Below are positions 9,096 through 16,353 of a stretch of 25,725 nucleotides of DNA, piece after piece. A model generated the notes under the pieces. It did not search any database and was not told the DNA's origin. It was given only the letters and a program-made list of their open reading frames with translations. How positions within the stretch are numbered: position 1 is the first letter of the stretch; each line of letters opens with the position of its first letter. The position numbers and the translations under genes are program-made. The DNA is from a virus (taxonomy: Duplodnaviria; Caudoviricetes): positions 1 to 25,725 of IMG/VR virus record IMGVR_UViG_3300025097_000048; one strand, given 5' to 3'.

Positions 9096-9396
9096 AACTA
9101 TTATACTTTTAAACCCAGAGATACTTCCACCATATACATGATGCAAGCTTCAAGGAAACTAGTCTGTGTATTACGTGCAGATACATTTCCTAGTCTCCCT
9201 TCCACTTTAGAGACTATCTTAATGTAGTTAGACGTCAACTTGACGATGAGCCTTGCAGAAGTCTCTGGTTTCGCTCACCCCAGTAGTATACAACACTTTT
9301 ACATACTATTGGTGGGAGTGAACTACCTTCTTCAGCTCCAGTCACATTGTATTTAGCGTCGCAAGCCACTGACCACGACGGCACGTAAATTGTACT
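9096..9396 (-). ncRNA. Putative structured RNA between terS and terL
   Basis: ~300 nt with no credible ORF. Closing stem TTACGTGC/GCACGTAA (9381-9388 with 9171-9178) encloses hairpins CGTCGT/GCGACG, GTTCAC/GTGAGC, TAGTATG/TATACTA, CGTCA/TGACG and TAGTCTC/GAGACTA. Confidence 0.55.
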
Positions 9397-9732
9397 CTAT
9401 TCTTTTTTATTAGTAGCCCAGCCTATAACTATTGACTCACCACCACTGGTTACATCTAATTTATCCTTACTCTTACCTAACTGTCTATCTAAATATTCTT
9501 TTATAGCAGAAATATTTCTTTTACTTACACCTTCCTCATAAAGCACATCTAATAATGCTAGACATCTTTCCTTCTTTCTAGTTTCATCGTATTCAGATCC
9601 ATGCTGGGAAATTAACTCCTTAACCTTCTCTAATTCTTCTTTGTTAAGCAAAGGTCTTCTTCCTGATCCTTCTCGTTTTCCACCCCAACTTGATTTATTT
9701 CGTTTTTCAAGTTTCTCAAGTTTCTCTTCCAT
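9397..9732 (-). CDS. terS: Terminase small subunit
   Basis: 111 aa. WGGKREGSGRRP N-terminal motif, AIKEYLDRQLGK, and a KLDVTSGGE beta tail; upstream of terL. Confidence 0.8.
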   Translation of the reverse strand: MEEKLEKLEKRNKSSWGGKREGSGRRPLLNKEELEKVKELISQHGSEYDETRKKERCLALLDVLYEEGVSKRNISAIKEYLDRQLGKSKDKLDVTSGGESIVIGWATNKKE

Positions 9733-9757
9733 GTGTTTTATTCTTATTTTGCGCTAG

Positions 9758-9776
9758 GAATCATTCCTATTAAGCT
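9758..9776. repeat. 19-nt direct repeat, copy 1 (contains palindrome TAGGAAT-N-ATTCCTA)
   Basis: gaatcattcctattaagct; matches 10111-10129 at 18 of 19 positions. Confidence 0.65.
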
Positions 9777-9791
9777 AATCAAAAAAATATA

Positions 9792-10088
9792 TTACTTCCA
9801 CACCTTAGTTACATCTTTCTCTAACTCTTCTATAGTAGCTAAAGTTTCTCTAAATGCTTTTAACCTACCTGACACTTTCTCTATCTCGTCTTTTAGGTCT
9901 TGTAGTTTCTTTGCTTTCTCATCTTTACCCATCTTAGTATCAGCAGATGCTTTTGTTAGCTCTTGCATAAACCCTCTAACCTGTACTTCATGAGTAGCTA
10001 ACATCTCTAACATGTTTACTCTCTCGTTTTGTAAAATTCTTTTAGATAAATCTTCGTTTGACAAGACTTCAAATTCAAATTTTGACAT
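9792..10088 (-). CDS. Coiled-coil hypothetical protein
   Basis: 98 aa, heptad-rich, AT-rich start context. Confidence 0.7.
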   Translation of the reverse strand: MSKFEFEVLSNEDLSKRILQNERVNMLEMLATHEVQVRGFMQELTKASADTKMGKDEKAKKLQDLKDEIEKVSGRLKAFRETLATIEELEKDVTKVWK

Positions 10089-10110
10089 ACTTGTTTGTTT
10101 CTCTTATTAA

Positions 10111-10129
10111 GAATTATTCCTATTAAGCT
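10111..10129. repeat. 19-nt direct repeat, copy 2
   Basis: gaattattcctattaagct; matches 9758-9776 at 18 of 19 positions. Confidence 0.65.
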
Positions 10130-10260
10130 TTTCTATAATGATCATCGTAACCACTTTCTTTAGTTATTCTCTCTACTACTATAACATTTTTGCCCTCCTT
10201 GCTTCTAAGGCAAACCTTATGCTCTACTCCTTTTATTTCCATCACCTGATCTTCATACAT
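10123..10260 (-). CDS. Small hypothetical protein (45 aa)
   Basis: MYEDQVMEIKGVEHKVCLRSKEGKNVIVVERITKESGYDDHYRKA, translated by hand; protein-like composition, same strand as neighbours. Confidence 0.5.
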   Translation of the reverse strand: MYEDQVMEIKGVEHKVCLRSKEGKNVIVVERITKESGYDDHYRKA

Positions 10261-10270
10261 ATATCTTTAA

Positions 10271-10400
10271 TGAGGGTAACCCTAGATGAATACAGCTGTT
10301 TCACTACCAAACATCTGAAAAACTAGTCGAAACCAATCAATAGATGCTATATAATTGGATTTATATTTTTTATTTGATCTGTTATCTAAAGCTACCCTCA
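10271..10400 (-). ncRNA. Long stem-loop in the late-transcript leader
   Basis: TGAGGGTAGCTTTAGAT pairs with ATCTAGGGTTACCCTCA (17 bp, 3 G-U that work only on the minus strand); inner hairpin CCAATTA..ATAG/CTAT.TGATTGG. Confidence 0.5.
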
Positions 10401-10495
10401 ATAAAAAAATCTCCATTACTAAATAATGCAGTCATATCCGTTAAATTTATTCTCTTTTCCCTCCATAGCGTAGATGTGCTATGTATTATGACTCT

Positions 10496-10524
10496 ATTAT
10501 ATCATACTTTTTCGTAAAAGTCAA
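10496..10524 (-). promoter_or_regulatory. Sigma70-type promoter upstream of the packaging/head genes
   Basis: TTGACT-17 nt-TATAAT with extended -10 TGn. Confidence 0.75.
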
Positions 10525-10525
10525 T

Positions 10526-10810
10526 TTAATGAATGTTAGATTGCCAACTTATCATGTGATCAGCCTCAATATCGTAGACAAACTCAACATATCCTATACC
10601 AATAGCCCACTTAAAAACCTCTCCAACTATATACCTTTTTGTATAATAACAATCAATCTTGTCTCTAGCTTGAAAACCATAGCGTTCTTTTATCTTGTTC
10701 ATTAATCCTATCTTCATGTTATATGTTTTGTATCCATTAGAACTAGACATCCCTTCCGCCCTCTTAAGCTGAATCTTGCCAAAGTTTTTATATTGTTTTT
10801 TTATACTCAT
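10526..10810 (-). CDS. Hypothetical protein
   Basis: 94-aa basic ORF with an ATGA overlap with the upstream gene. Confidence 0.6.
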   Translation of the reverse strand: MSIKKQYKNFGKIQLKRAEGMSSSNGYKTYNMKIGLMNKIKERYGFQARDKIDCYYTKRYIVGEVFKWAIGIGYVEFVYDIEADHMISWQSNIH

Positions 10811-11166
10811 AAACCTAACTTCAGTGATTCTATTATTCCTTCTATGTAGCCTATAGTGTCTTTAACAGTTACTTGCTTTGCTTTCTCTAACCTGTTTAGC
10901 CATACCTTACCTCTAACTTCATTTACTATGTTATGTATTCTTGGATCAGACTTCTGGTGATGACTCATGTGGCAACCATTGCATATCGGTATACAGTTCT
11001 TCATGTTATATCTCAATGCGTAGCTCACGCTTTTTGGAAAATAGTGATGTAAGCAGGTATACGGTCTACCACAAACCAAACATTCATCATAAAGGTTTCT
11101 ACCTATCTCCTGTAACATCTTATCTGCTTTCTTTTTTAGTCTTTGTTTTTTTTGTTGTGATGTCAT
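10807..11166 (-). CDS. NinG/Rap-like HNH nuclease
   Basis: Likely start MTSQQKK at 11166. Motif CLVCG...LHHYFPKS...LRYNMKNCIPICNGCH. Confidence 0.75.
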   Translation of the reverse strand: MTSQQKKQRLKKKADKMLQEIGRNLYDECLVCGRPYTCLHHYFPKSVSYALRYNMKNCIPICNGCHMSHHQKSDPRIHNIVNEVRGKVWLNRLEKAKQVTVKDTIGYIEGIIESLKLGL

Positions 11167-11263
11167 ATATATTAACCCGCCTACTCCTACTAGCACACTA
11201 GCAGCTTGTCGTTGGGTTTGACCCCAAACCATTATACACATAGGAAGTAGGTAGGCAAATTAC

Positions 11264-11461
11264 TTACTGTTTGATAACAACTTGAATGTTAGGAACATTA
11301 CCTCTTTCTGAAACAATCATATATGCCGCTAAAGCACAACCATGTTTTTCAAGAACAGCACCAACCTCTTTAGAACACTCTTCAACCTTTTTCTTTTGCT
11401 CCGCTTTTAATACCTCTGTTGCTTCTTCTGTTGAAATCTCCTTCTTTGTTTCTTTTGTCAT
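11264..11461 (-). CDS. Hypothetical protein
   Basis: 65-aa ORF in the operon with AT-rich start. Confidence 0.65.
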   Translation of the reverse strand: MTKETKKEISTEEATEVLKAEQKKKVEECSKEVGAVLEKHGCALAAYMIVSERGNVPNIQVVIKQ

Positions 11462-11477
11462 AAGTATTTTTACTTAA

Positions 11478-11843
11478 TTAAATTAATTTACTTTTATATT
11501 TATCTATTAACTCACTCATTTCCTTTTTGTAGAAATCGTCTACATCTTCATATTCTACACTACCTGACAACTGCTGGTTATAAAAATCAGAGATAGCATA
11601 CCTCAATACTTGTGACTGACTACCCTTTTTCGGCTTTCCAAACACTACCTTATCTTCTTGTAGAATAGTAATCTCTTCTAGGTTCTGGAACTTGTATGTA
11701 ATGTCTTCTTCTGTACCATCTACTGTTTGAGGCTTTCTTATTATGTTCTTTAGCCCTGCTCGTTTACAAACAAAACTAATGTCCTTGTCCTCATCTAACT
11801 TATGAGGTATTTCCATCTTTCCGCTCAATGTAATATTAAACAT
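11478..11843 (-). CDS. Hypothetical phage protein
   Basis: 121-aa ORF in the operon. Confidence 0.7.
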   Translation of the reverse strand: MFNITLSGKMEIPHKLDEDKDISFVCKRAGLKNIIRKPQTVDGTEEDITYKFQNLEEITILQEDKVVFGKPKKGSQSQVLRYAISDFYNQQLSGSVEYEDVDDFYKKEMSELIDKYKSKLI

Positions 11844-11849
11844 ATTTTT

Positions 11850-11976
11850 TATTAAGGTGGGAGGGGAGGGAGATATTGTACCCCCCTCCCCCAGTTGGTA
11901 GTCTGTTGTGGTGGGATTCTGGCTGGGTGTTTAAGCCAACAGATGTCAGCTTTGGTGGGAGAACTAAATGTAGTTC
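11850..11976 (-). ncRNA. GC-rich structured intergenic element
   Basis: Hairpins GAACTA/TAGTTC, TCTGTTG/CAACAGA, TGGCT/AGCCA and GGGGAGGG/CCCTCCCC; three copies of TCCCACC. Confidence 0.45.
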
Positions 11977-12240
11977 TTAAAACGGAATTGCTTCAGTTGG
12001 TGGTGAACTTGGTGAATCAACCTTAGTGTCTGGTTTCCAGTCGTTAAGAGCAAAATACAATTTACCTCCTTCTTTTGATTTTAGAAAGTCTAGGTTAACC
12101 CATCCGTTGTTGACGTTTTTATCAAGGAACTCCTTAAACTCATCTACTTTTATTGATAGTGAACCCTTAACCCACTCAGGGCTACCTTCTCTTGGCAATT
12201 TATAAATAAGGCCAGATGGAAATATTTTTTCGCTACTCAT
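11977..12240 (-). CDS. Short non-canonical ssDNA-binding protein (putative)
   Basis: 87 aa, beta-rich core with an unstructured tail ending EAIPF like SSB tails; near an annealing-protein gene. Confidence 0.5.
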   Translation of the reverse strand: MSSEKIFPSGLIYKLPREGSPEWVKGSLSIKVDEFKEFLDKNVNNGWVNLDFLKSKEGGKLYFALNDWKPDTKVDSPSSPPTEAIPF

Positions 12241-12247
12241 AGTTTTG

Positions 12248-12712
12248 TTAATTATATTTTAATTCTTCTAACTTTCTTGCCCTTATAGCCTCTTGCAAAC
12301 AATCGAAATATCCAATGTGAGATTGCTTTTTATTTCTTTTTATCCTTGAGTGCCACTTTCCCTTTCCCTTATTCCATTCTACACCTATTACACCAGAGAT
12401 ATTTTTAGTCTTATCACCCCTATTAAGATTGTTTTCTGTTCTTGTGACAGACCTTAAATTACAAAGCCTATTGTCCATTCTGTCTCTATTTATGTGATCT
12501 ATTTCTTTCGGGAATACTCCGTGCACATAGAACCATGCAAGTCGATGAGCTAAAAACCTTTTATAGTTTGCAGTTATGCTTATATACCCAGCGTTGTGCG
12601 AAGTTCCAGCAATGCCGCCCTTTCTGGCTCTGCTATTTTTATTTACAACCCATCTAAACACACCAGTGTTTTCGTCATAATGCAATAACCCTTTTAGTTC
12701 TTTTTGAGTCAT
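12248..12712 (-). CDS. Free-standing HNH-AP2 homing endonuclease
   Basis: Likely start MTQKELK at 12712. AHRLAWFY...IDHINRDRMDNRLCNLR..T..EN followed by SGVIGVEW...KWHSRI...HIGYF...EAIRAR (AP2). Confidence 0.88.
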   Translation of the reverse strand: MTQKELKGLLHYDENTGVFRWVVNKNSRARKGGIAGTSHNAGYISITANYKRFLAHRLAWFYVHGVFPKEIDHINRDRMDNRLCNLRSVTRTENNLNRGDKTKNISGVIGVEWNKGKGKWHSRIKRNKKQSHIGYFDCLQEAIRARKLEELKYN

Positions 12713-12713
12713 A

Positions 12714-13052
12714 TTAAAACGGACATTTATCATCTTTATTATCTCCACCTAACTCGTCTGAACTACACATGCCAACGTTATTATACCATCTCAGTGCTCT
12801 TGCAATAGCTCTAGTCTCAGCCATTCTGATCTTGTGCTTTGCTACTAGCTTACCAACATTCTCCTCGCTAGCATCTCCCAGCCCCTGATACAGTCCTTTT
12901 TCGCCTTCAACCGTAGCCTGGACAATGAATGGCTCTAAGTTGACTATCTCTGTCTTGATTGATTTGCCTCCGTTCTCATGGAACTCGTTTAATAGCCCAG
13001 TGAACAGAACAAAGTCTTTTCCTTGTAGGTTAATAGTAAATTTCTTGTCCAT
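12714..13052 (-). CDS. Rad52/Sak-like single-strand annealing protein (putative, short)
   Basis: 112 aa; VQATV...YQGLGDA...RMAETRAIARALR resembles the Rad52-fold core. Confidence 0.5.
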   Translation of the reverse strand: MDKKFTINLQGKDFVLFTGLLNEFHENGGKSIKTEIVNLEPFIVQATVEGEKGLYQGLGDASEENVGKLVAKHKIRMAETRAIARALRWYNNVGMCSSDELGGDNKDDKCPF

Positions 13053-13054
13053 AC

Positions 13055-13240
13055 TTATTTGCTTAGTAATTTATCTATACTCTCTGAGATTCTTTTCTTG
13101 GTTGCTATGAATCCATCTGCTTCTTTTCCTGCATCCTTCTTGAAATTGAACCAGACAACCTGTCCGATCTTTTCAAGCTCTACCGCCCAACCATTTGTGA
13201 TCAGGTGTACCGCAGTGTTTGTGTCTTTAGTTGTATACAT
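13055..13240 (-). CDS. DUF5659-like small protein
   Basis: 61 aa with the pattern YTTKDTNTAVHLITNG...VWFNF. Confidence 0.5.
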   Translation of the reverse strand: MYTTKDTNTAVHLITNGWAVELEKIGQVVWFNFKKDAGKEADGFIATKKRISESIDKLLSK

Positions 13241-13241
13241 A

Positions 13242-13736
13242 TTACTGTTTTAATGCCAACCATTGGTTCCAATTACCAGACTCTAGTCTAATTCTAATTG
13301 CCTCTTTGGTTGAACACTCTAAATTAAATGCACATTCGTTACTAACTTCTCTATGCCAATAGGAATTTATCATCCACAGGCCCCTGTCTATTGTTGGGTT
13401 GTCGTTTACTCCAATAGCCCAAACATCCCACCTGCTCTCTGCGTTAATTAACCTCTCTACAAACTCCCACTCATCTAGAAGTCCTGCTTTCCATAGCTCA
13501 TGCTTTACATAACCTCTATCAGTTGTCAGGTTAAACTCTAATTCCCCACCTGAAAACCACATCATCTCTGCTTTAACCTCTGTCACCTCTAGTGTTCTAT
13601 CCCATAGTGACATCATTGCTAGTGCTAGAACGAATATTACCACCAACATTGCTACTATGTTCCAGAACCTAACTCTCTTTTTTCTACTCTTTGCATTTGT
13701 ATAATAACCTTTCTTCTTTGTTAGTTTCTTACGCAT
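13242..13736 (-). CDS. Membrane-anchored lytic transglycosylase / lysozyme-like protein
   Basis: Basic N-terminus, one TM helix, then INAESRW...DRGLWMIN...WNQW (catalytic Glu motif plus GLxxI). Confidence 0.75.
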   Translation of the reverse strand: MRKKLTKKKGYYTNAKSRKKRVRFWNIVAMLVVIFVLALAMMSLWDRTLEVTEVKAEMMWFSGGELEFNLTTDRGYVKHELWKAGLLDEWEFVERLINAESRWDVWAIGVNDNPTIDRGLWMINSYWHREVSNECAFNLECSTKEAIRIRLESGNWNQWLALKQ

Positions 13737-13747
13737 ACTTTTTATTT

Positions 13748-14137
13748 TTATTTTAACAAGTCTTTGTTCTCGTATATATTTCCTATTACTTCTATAGTAT
13801 TAGAACCGTCTTCATCAAGTCCACAAAAATCCTCATTCACATCCTCTTCGTAAAAAATCTTACTATCTCCTACTGGAACATCATATACATCAAACATGGC
13901 ATGATCATCTCTCCACTTAACCACCATATATCCCTCATAATCATCCTCTTCAATCTTTCCAATAATATCACCCTCGTATATCTCTACTCCGTTCTTGTCT
14001 TTAAGTCCTGTGTATTGCATGTGAATACCAGTATCATCTTCACTGTCCAACATTGTCCAATCAGCAACAAACGGAGATTCTCCATCTGACATATATTTTT
14101 CATCCTCGTACCACGCTCTAAACTTTATTTCTCTCAT
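13748..14137 (-). CDS. YopX family protein
   Basis: MREIKFRAW, MQYTGLKDKNGVEIYEGDI and EVIGNIYENKDLL. Confidence 0.92.
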   Translation of the reverse strand: MREIKFRAWYEDEKYMSDGESPFVADWTMLDSEDDTGIHMQYTGLKDKNGVEIYEGDIIGKIEEDDYEGYMVVKWRDDHAMFDVYDVPVGDSKIFYEEDVNEDFCGLDEDGSNTIEVIGNIYENKDLLK

Positions 14138-14138
14138 A

Positions 14139-14348
14139 TTAACAACTCTTTTTATTTATTTGGTTTTGCCAAGCCTCTCTCTTCTCATCTCTTTCCTTCA
14201 TGTCTTTTTTAGACTCATCTGTTTTAGCGGCTTCTTTCATTCCTCTAGTGTGACAGTTCACACAACAGATCACACCATACAAGAATGTCTCACAATACAC
14301 TTTTCTCAATTCCTTAATTTCATTATCACAGAATTTACATTTATGCAT
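14139..14348 (-). CDS. Small zinc-finger protein
   Basis: 69 aa with CKFC...CVNC. Confidence 0.65.
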   Translation of the reverse strand: MHKCKFCDNEIKELRKVYCETFLYGVICCVNCHTRGMKEAAKTDESKKDMKERDEKREAWQNQINKKSC

Positions 14349-14349
14349 A

Positions 14350-14502
14350 TTATTCTTCTACCTCCCCAGACAACTTGTATTCATATAGACTCCAAGATGC
14401 CTCACCTCCTATTAACTCTGGTTGACCATCCTCATCAATCTTACCAGTCCAAGCCAAGCCACAGCTCTCTGCTAACTTGATTAACTCATCGTTTTTACAC
14501 AT
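14350..14502 (-). CDS. Small acidic hypothetical protein (50 aa)
   Basis: MCKNDELIKLAESCGLAWTGKIDEDGQPELIGGEASWSLYEYKLSGEVEE, translated by hand; TAA-T-ATG junction to the next gene. Confidence 0.6.
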   Translation of the reverse strand: MCKNDELIKLAESCGLAWTGKIDEDGQPELIGGEASWSLYEYKLSGEVEE

Positions 14503-14605
14503 ACTTTTGAGACACAATAAAACCCACCAAGAAATCCTTGCTGGTTTGTTAATAGGTTGTTAGTTGTGTCTTTCATAAATAAATAAATTAATTTTGTATA
14601 TCTAT

Positions 14606-14650
14606 AGTATAGCATGGTTAAAAAAGGCTTGCAATATTACTTGTGGATAA
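14606..14650 (-). promoter_or_regulatory. Sigma70-type promoter with an upstream DnaA box
   Basis: TTGCAA (14629-14634)-17 nt-TATACT (14606-14611) with TGn; TTATCCACA at 14642-14650. Confidence 0.7.
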
Positions 14651-15134
14651 ACTTTAGATCTACCTTTTTATATATTGAATTTACTTCTTCTAACGGAACA
14701 AGGAAGCCAATTGTTTTATAGTTCTCATGTGGTATTAAACGACACTTAAACTTATCACCAGAATAAACATAACTATACATCTCCTCTGACTTTATAATAT
14801 ACAAGACCCAATCAACAACATCTACATAATAAATATAGTCTAGCTTACCATTCAACAACCATCCGTTCTTTATGTTTTCACTCCTATGTTTCCAAAATAT
14901 TTCTATTAGTTCAAAGAAAAAATTTCCAGTCTTTGACAATGCTTTATCAGCCTTTACATCTATATTAACCTCCCCTCCTGGCTCTCTAATAATTATATCA
15001 ATACCATCTGCATAAAAATTAGGATCATCCGCCACTAAAATAGCATCTAACCCATAACTTAATAAATAATCTAAACATCTCTTTTCTGCCTCCTTTACCC
15101 AATCTAACTTAACTTGTTCCTTAAAATTATACAT
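14637..15134 (-). CDS. PD-(D/E)xK family nuclease
   Basis: Likely start MYNFKEQ at 15134. Motif E...GIDIII...IDVKAD...TGNFFFEL...GWL...DYIYY. Confidence 0.7.
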   Translation of the reverse strand: MYNFKEQVKLDWVKEAEKRCLDYLLSYGLDAILVADDPNFYADGIDIIIREPGGEVNIDVKADKALSKTGNFFFELIEIFWKHRSENIKNGWLLNGKLDYIYYVDVVDWVLYIIKSEEMYSYVYSGDKFKCRLIPHENYKTIGFLVPLEEVNSIYKKVDLKFIHK

Positions 15135-15135
15135 A

Positions 15136-15969
15136 TTAAATTTGATCTCCCCACACAGTCCACTTATCACTATGTTTGTTTCTAGCAAAAAGTTCTAGAT
15201 ATTTTCCACTTGGATATAAAGTTTCTATCATCTCATAAAACCAACTAGGCTTTTGGGAATGTTCTCGTCTTTCTTCAGAATAAACACTATCAAACAACTT
15301 CTTGTTTTCTGGAACAAAGCTTCCTTTAGTACAAATTAACAACAACTCGTGCCTAACAGAATTATAATGACCCATGTTGTGTTTTACTTTATCCCAAATA
15401 AATGAAGTCTTATACTTAAACCCCCATGAATTTATTACATCAAAACATTCTTCTAACAATGGTGAAGTTACCCACATAAACAAAACAGCATTATTTGCAC
15501 TAGGAACTTTTAACTCACAAAGCTCTTCTATTGTCATAAGTGAGTAATGTTTCTTTGCTCCTCCTAACAAGGATGTGTCCTGTTCATCGCTATATTTCCA
15601 TGGTGGATCAACATAAATTACATTATACTCTCCTTCTGGCAATGGTAACGGCTTATTAGGCTCACGCTTTTTGTTTGGTAAAACATTTTGTGTAATATCA
15701 CGCCAGCTTGAATTTTCCAACGCCGTTGGAATTTCTTGAAACTTTTTTGCAAAATTAACACAATAATACAAATCAGATTTGCTTATGCCAAGATCTTTTC
15801 CCAAACCCTCTATCCGCTTACCACCATATTCTGCCTTTTCAAATTTAAGTTCATCTTCTAAAATTCTTTTACCAATAGCGTGTTTTAACTCAACTATTCT
15901 ATTAACCGCCAACTCCTGTAGATCTTCTAATAGTTTTGTGTACCACTCTTGTTGTTTAGTTAACTTCAT
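15136..15969 (-). CDS. MT-A70 family adenine methyltransferase with a DUF1016-N-like N-terminal domain
   Basis: YNVIYVDPPWKY, LFMWVT, HELLLICTKG, HSQKP, LELFAR; N-terminal IGKRIL...EYGGKRIEGLGKDL. Confidence 0.88.
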   Translation of the reverse strand: MKLTKQQEWYTKLLEDLQELAVNRIVELKHAIGKRILEDELKFEKAEYGGKRIEGLGKDLGISKSDLYYCVNFAKKFQEIPTALENSSWRDITQNVLPNKKREPNKPLPLPEGEYNVIYVDPPWKYSDEQDTSLLGGAKKHYSLMTIEELCELKVPSANNAVLFMWVTSPLLEECFDVINSWGFKYKTSFIWDKVKHNMGHYNSVRHELLLICTKGSFVPENKKLFDSVYSEERREHSQKPSWFYEMIETLYPSGKYLELFARNKHSDKWTVWGDQI

Positions 15970-16217
15970 GCTTTTTTATTTAATTCATTAAATACTTTTA
16001 AGAAATATCTACTAAATGGTTTGCCTAATTCCTTACAGTCATCTAATGCTATTGTTGCGAAATGATGGCTCACCTTGAAGCACTTGAATATGCTGCCCTT
16101 AAATTTATCGCTATCTCTTAAGAACTTACAAGCGTCTAAGGCTTCATCTTGCCATTTCATTATAGTCTTGGTGGTTGGCTTTTTATGACCACATAGGATG
16201 TACTTAATGTTCTCCAT
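15966..16217 (-). CDS. Hypothetical protein
   Basis: 83-aa basic helical ORF with an ATGA overlap with the MT-A70 gene. Confidence 0.65.
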   Translation of the reverse strand: MENIKYILCGHKKPTTKTIMKWQDEALDACKFLRDSDKFKGSIFKCFKVSHHFATIALDDCKELGKPFSRYFLKVFNELNKKA

Positions 16218-16353
16218 AGGTCTTTTTTATTAAGTTACATACGATCTCTGCCATGCTCTTCTTCTGTACCCTTTTCTGATCCCTGATTAAAGCATAAGCC
16301 TCCTGGTCTATACCAAGTCTTTGTACTATATTTATCTTTGTTTCCCTGTACAT
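16204..16353 (-). CDS. Ribbon-helix-helix (CopG/Arc-like) regulator, 49 aa
   Basis: MYRETKINIVQRLGIDQEAYALIRDQKRVQKKSMAEIVCNLIKKTYGEH, translated by hand; beta-alpha-alpha pattern with SMAEIV; first gene after the early promoter. Confidence 0.6.
   Translation of the reverse strand: MYRETKINIVQRLGIDQEAYALIRDQKRVQKKSMAEIVCNLIKKTYGEH

Noticed and set aside
9208-9270. Group I intron R/S-like strings CAGAGACT and AAGATAGTC
   Set aside because: terS and terL both look complete, so nothing is interrupted, and I could not build P3-P6. A degenerate intron origin is not excluded without an Infernal search.
9264-9340. Hammerhead-like CTGAAGA...GAAA
   Set aside because: Five extra bases separate CTGAAGA from the candidate stem II, and there is no stem I or UH cleavage site.
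10282-10416. 44-codon minus-strand ORF MEIFLLRVALD...
   Set aside because: It coincides almost exactly with the 17-bp stem-loop, which explains the sequence better. Not fully excluded.
11195-11245. tRNA-like fragments (GTATAATGG, GGGTCAAACCC)
   Set aside because: No anticodon arm or acceptor stem can be formed.
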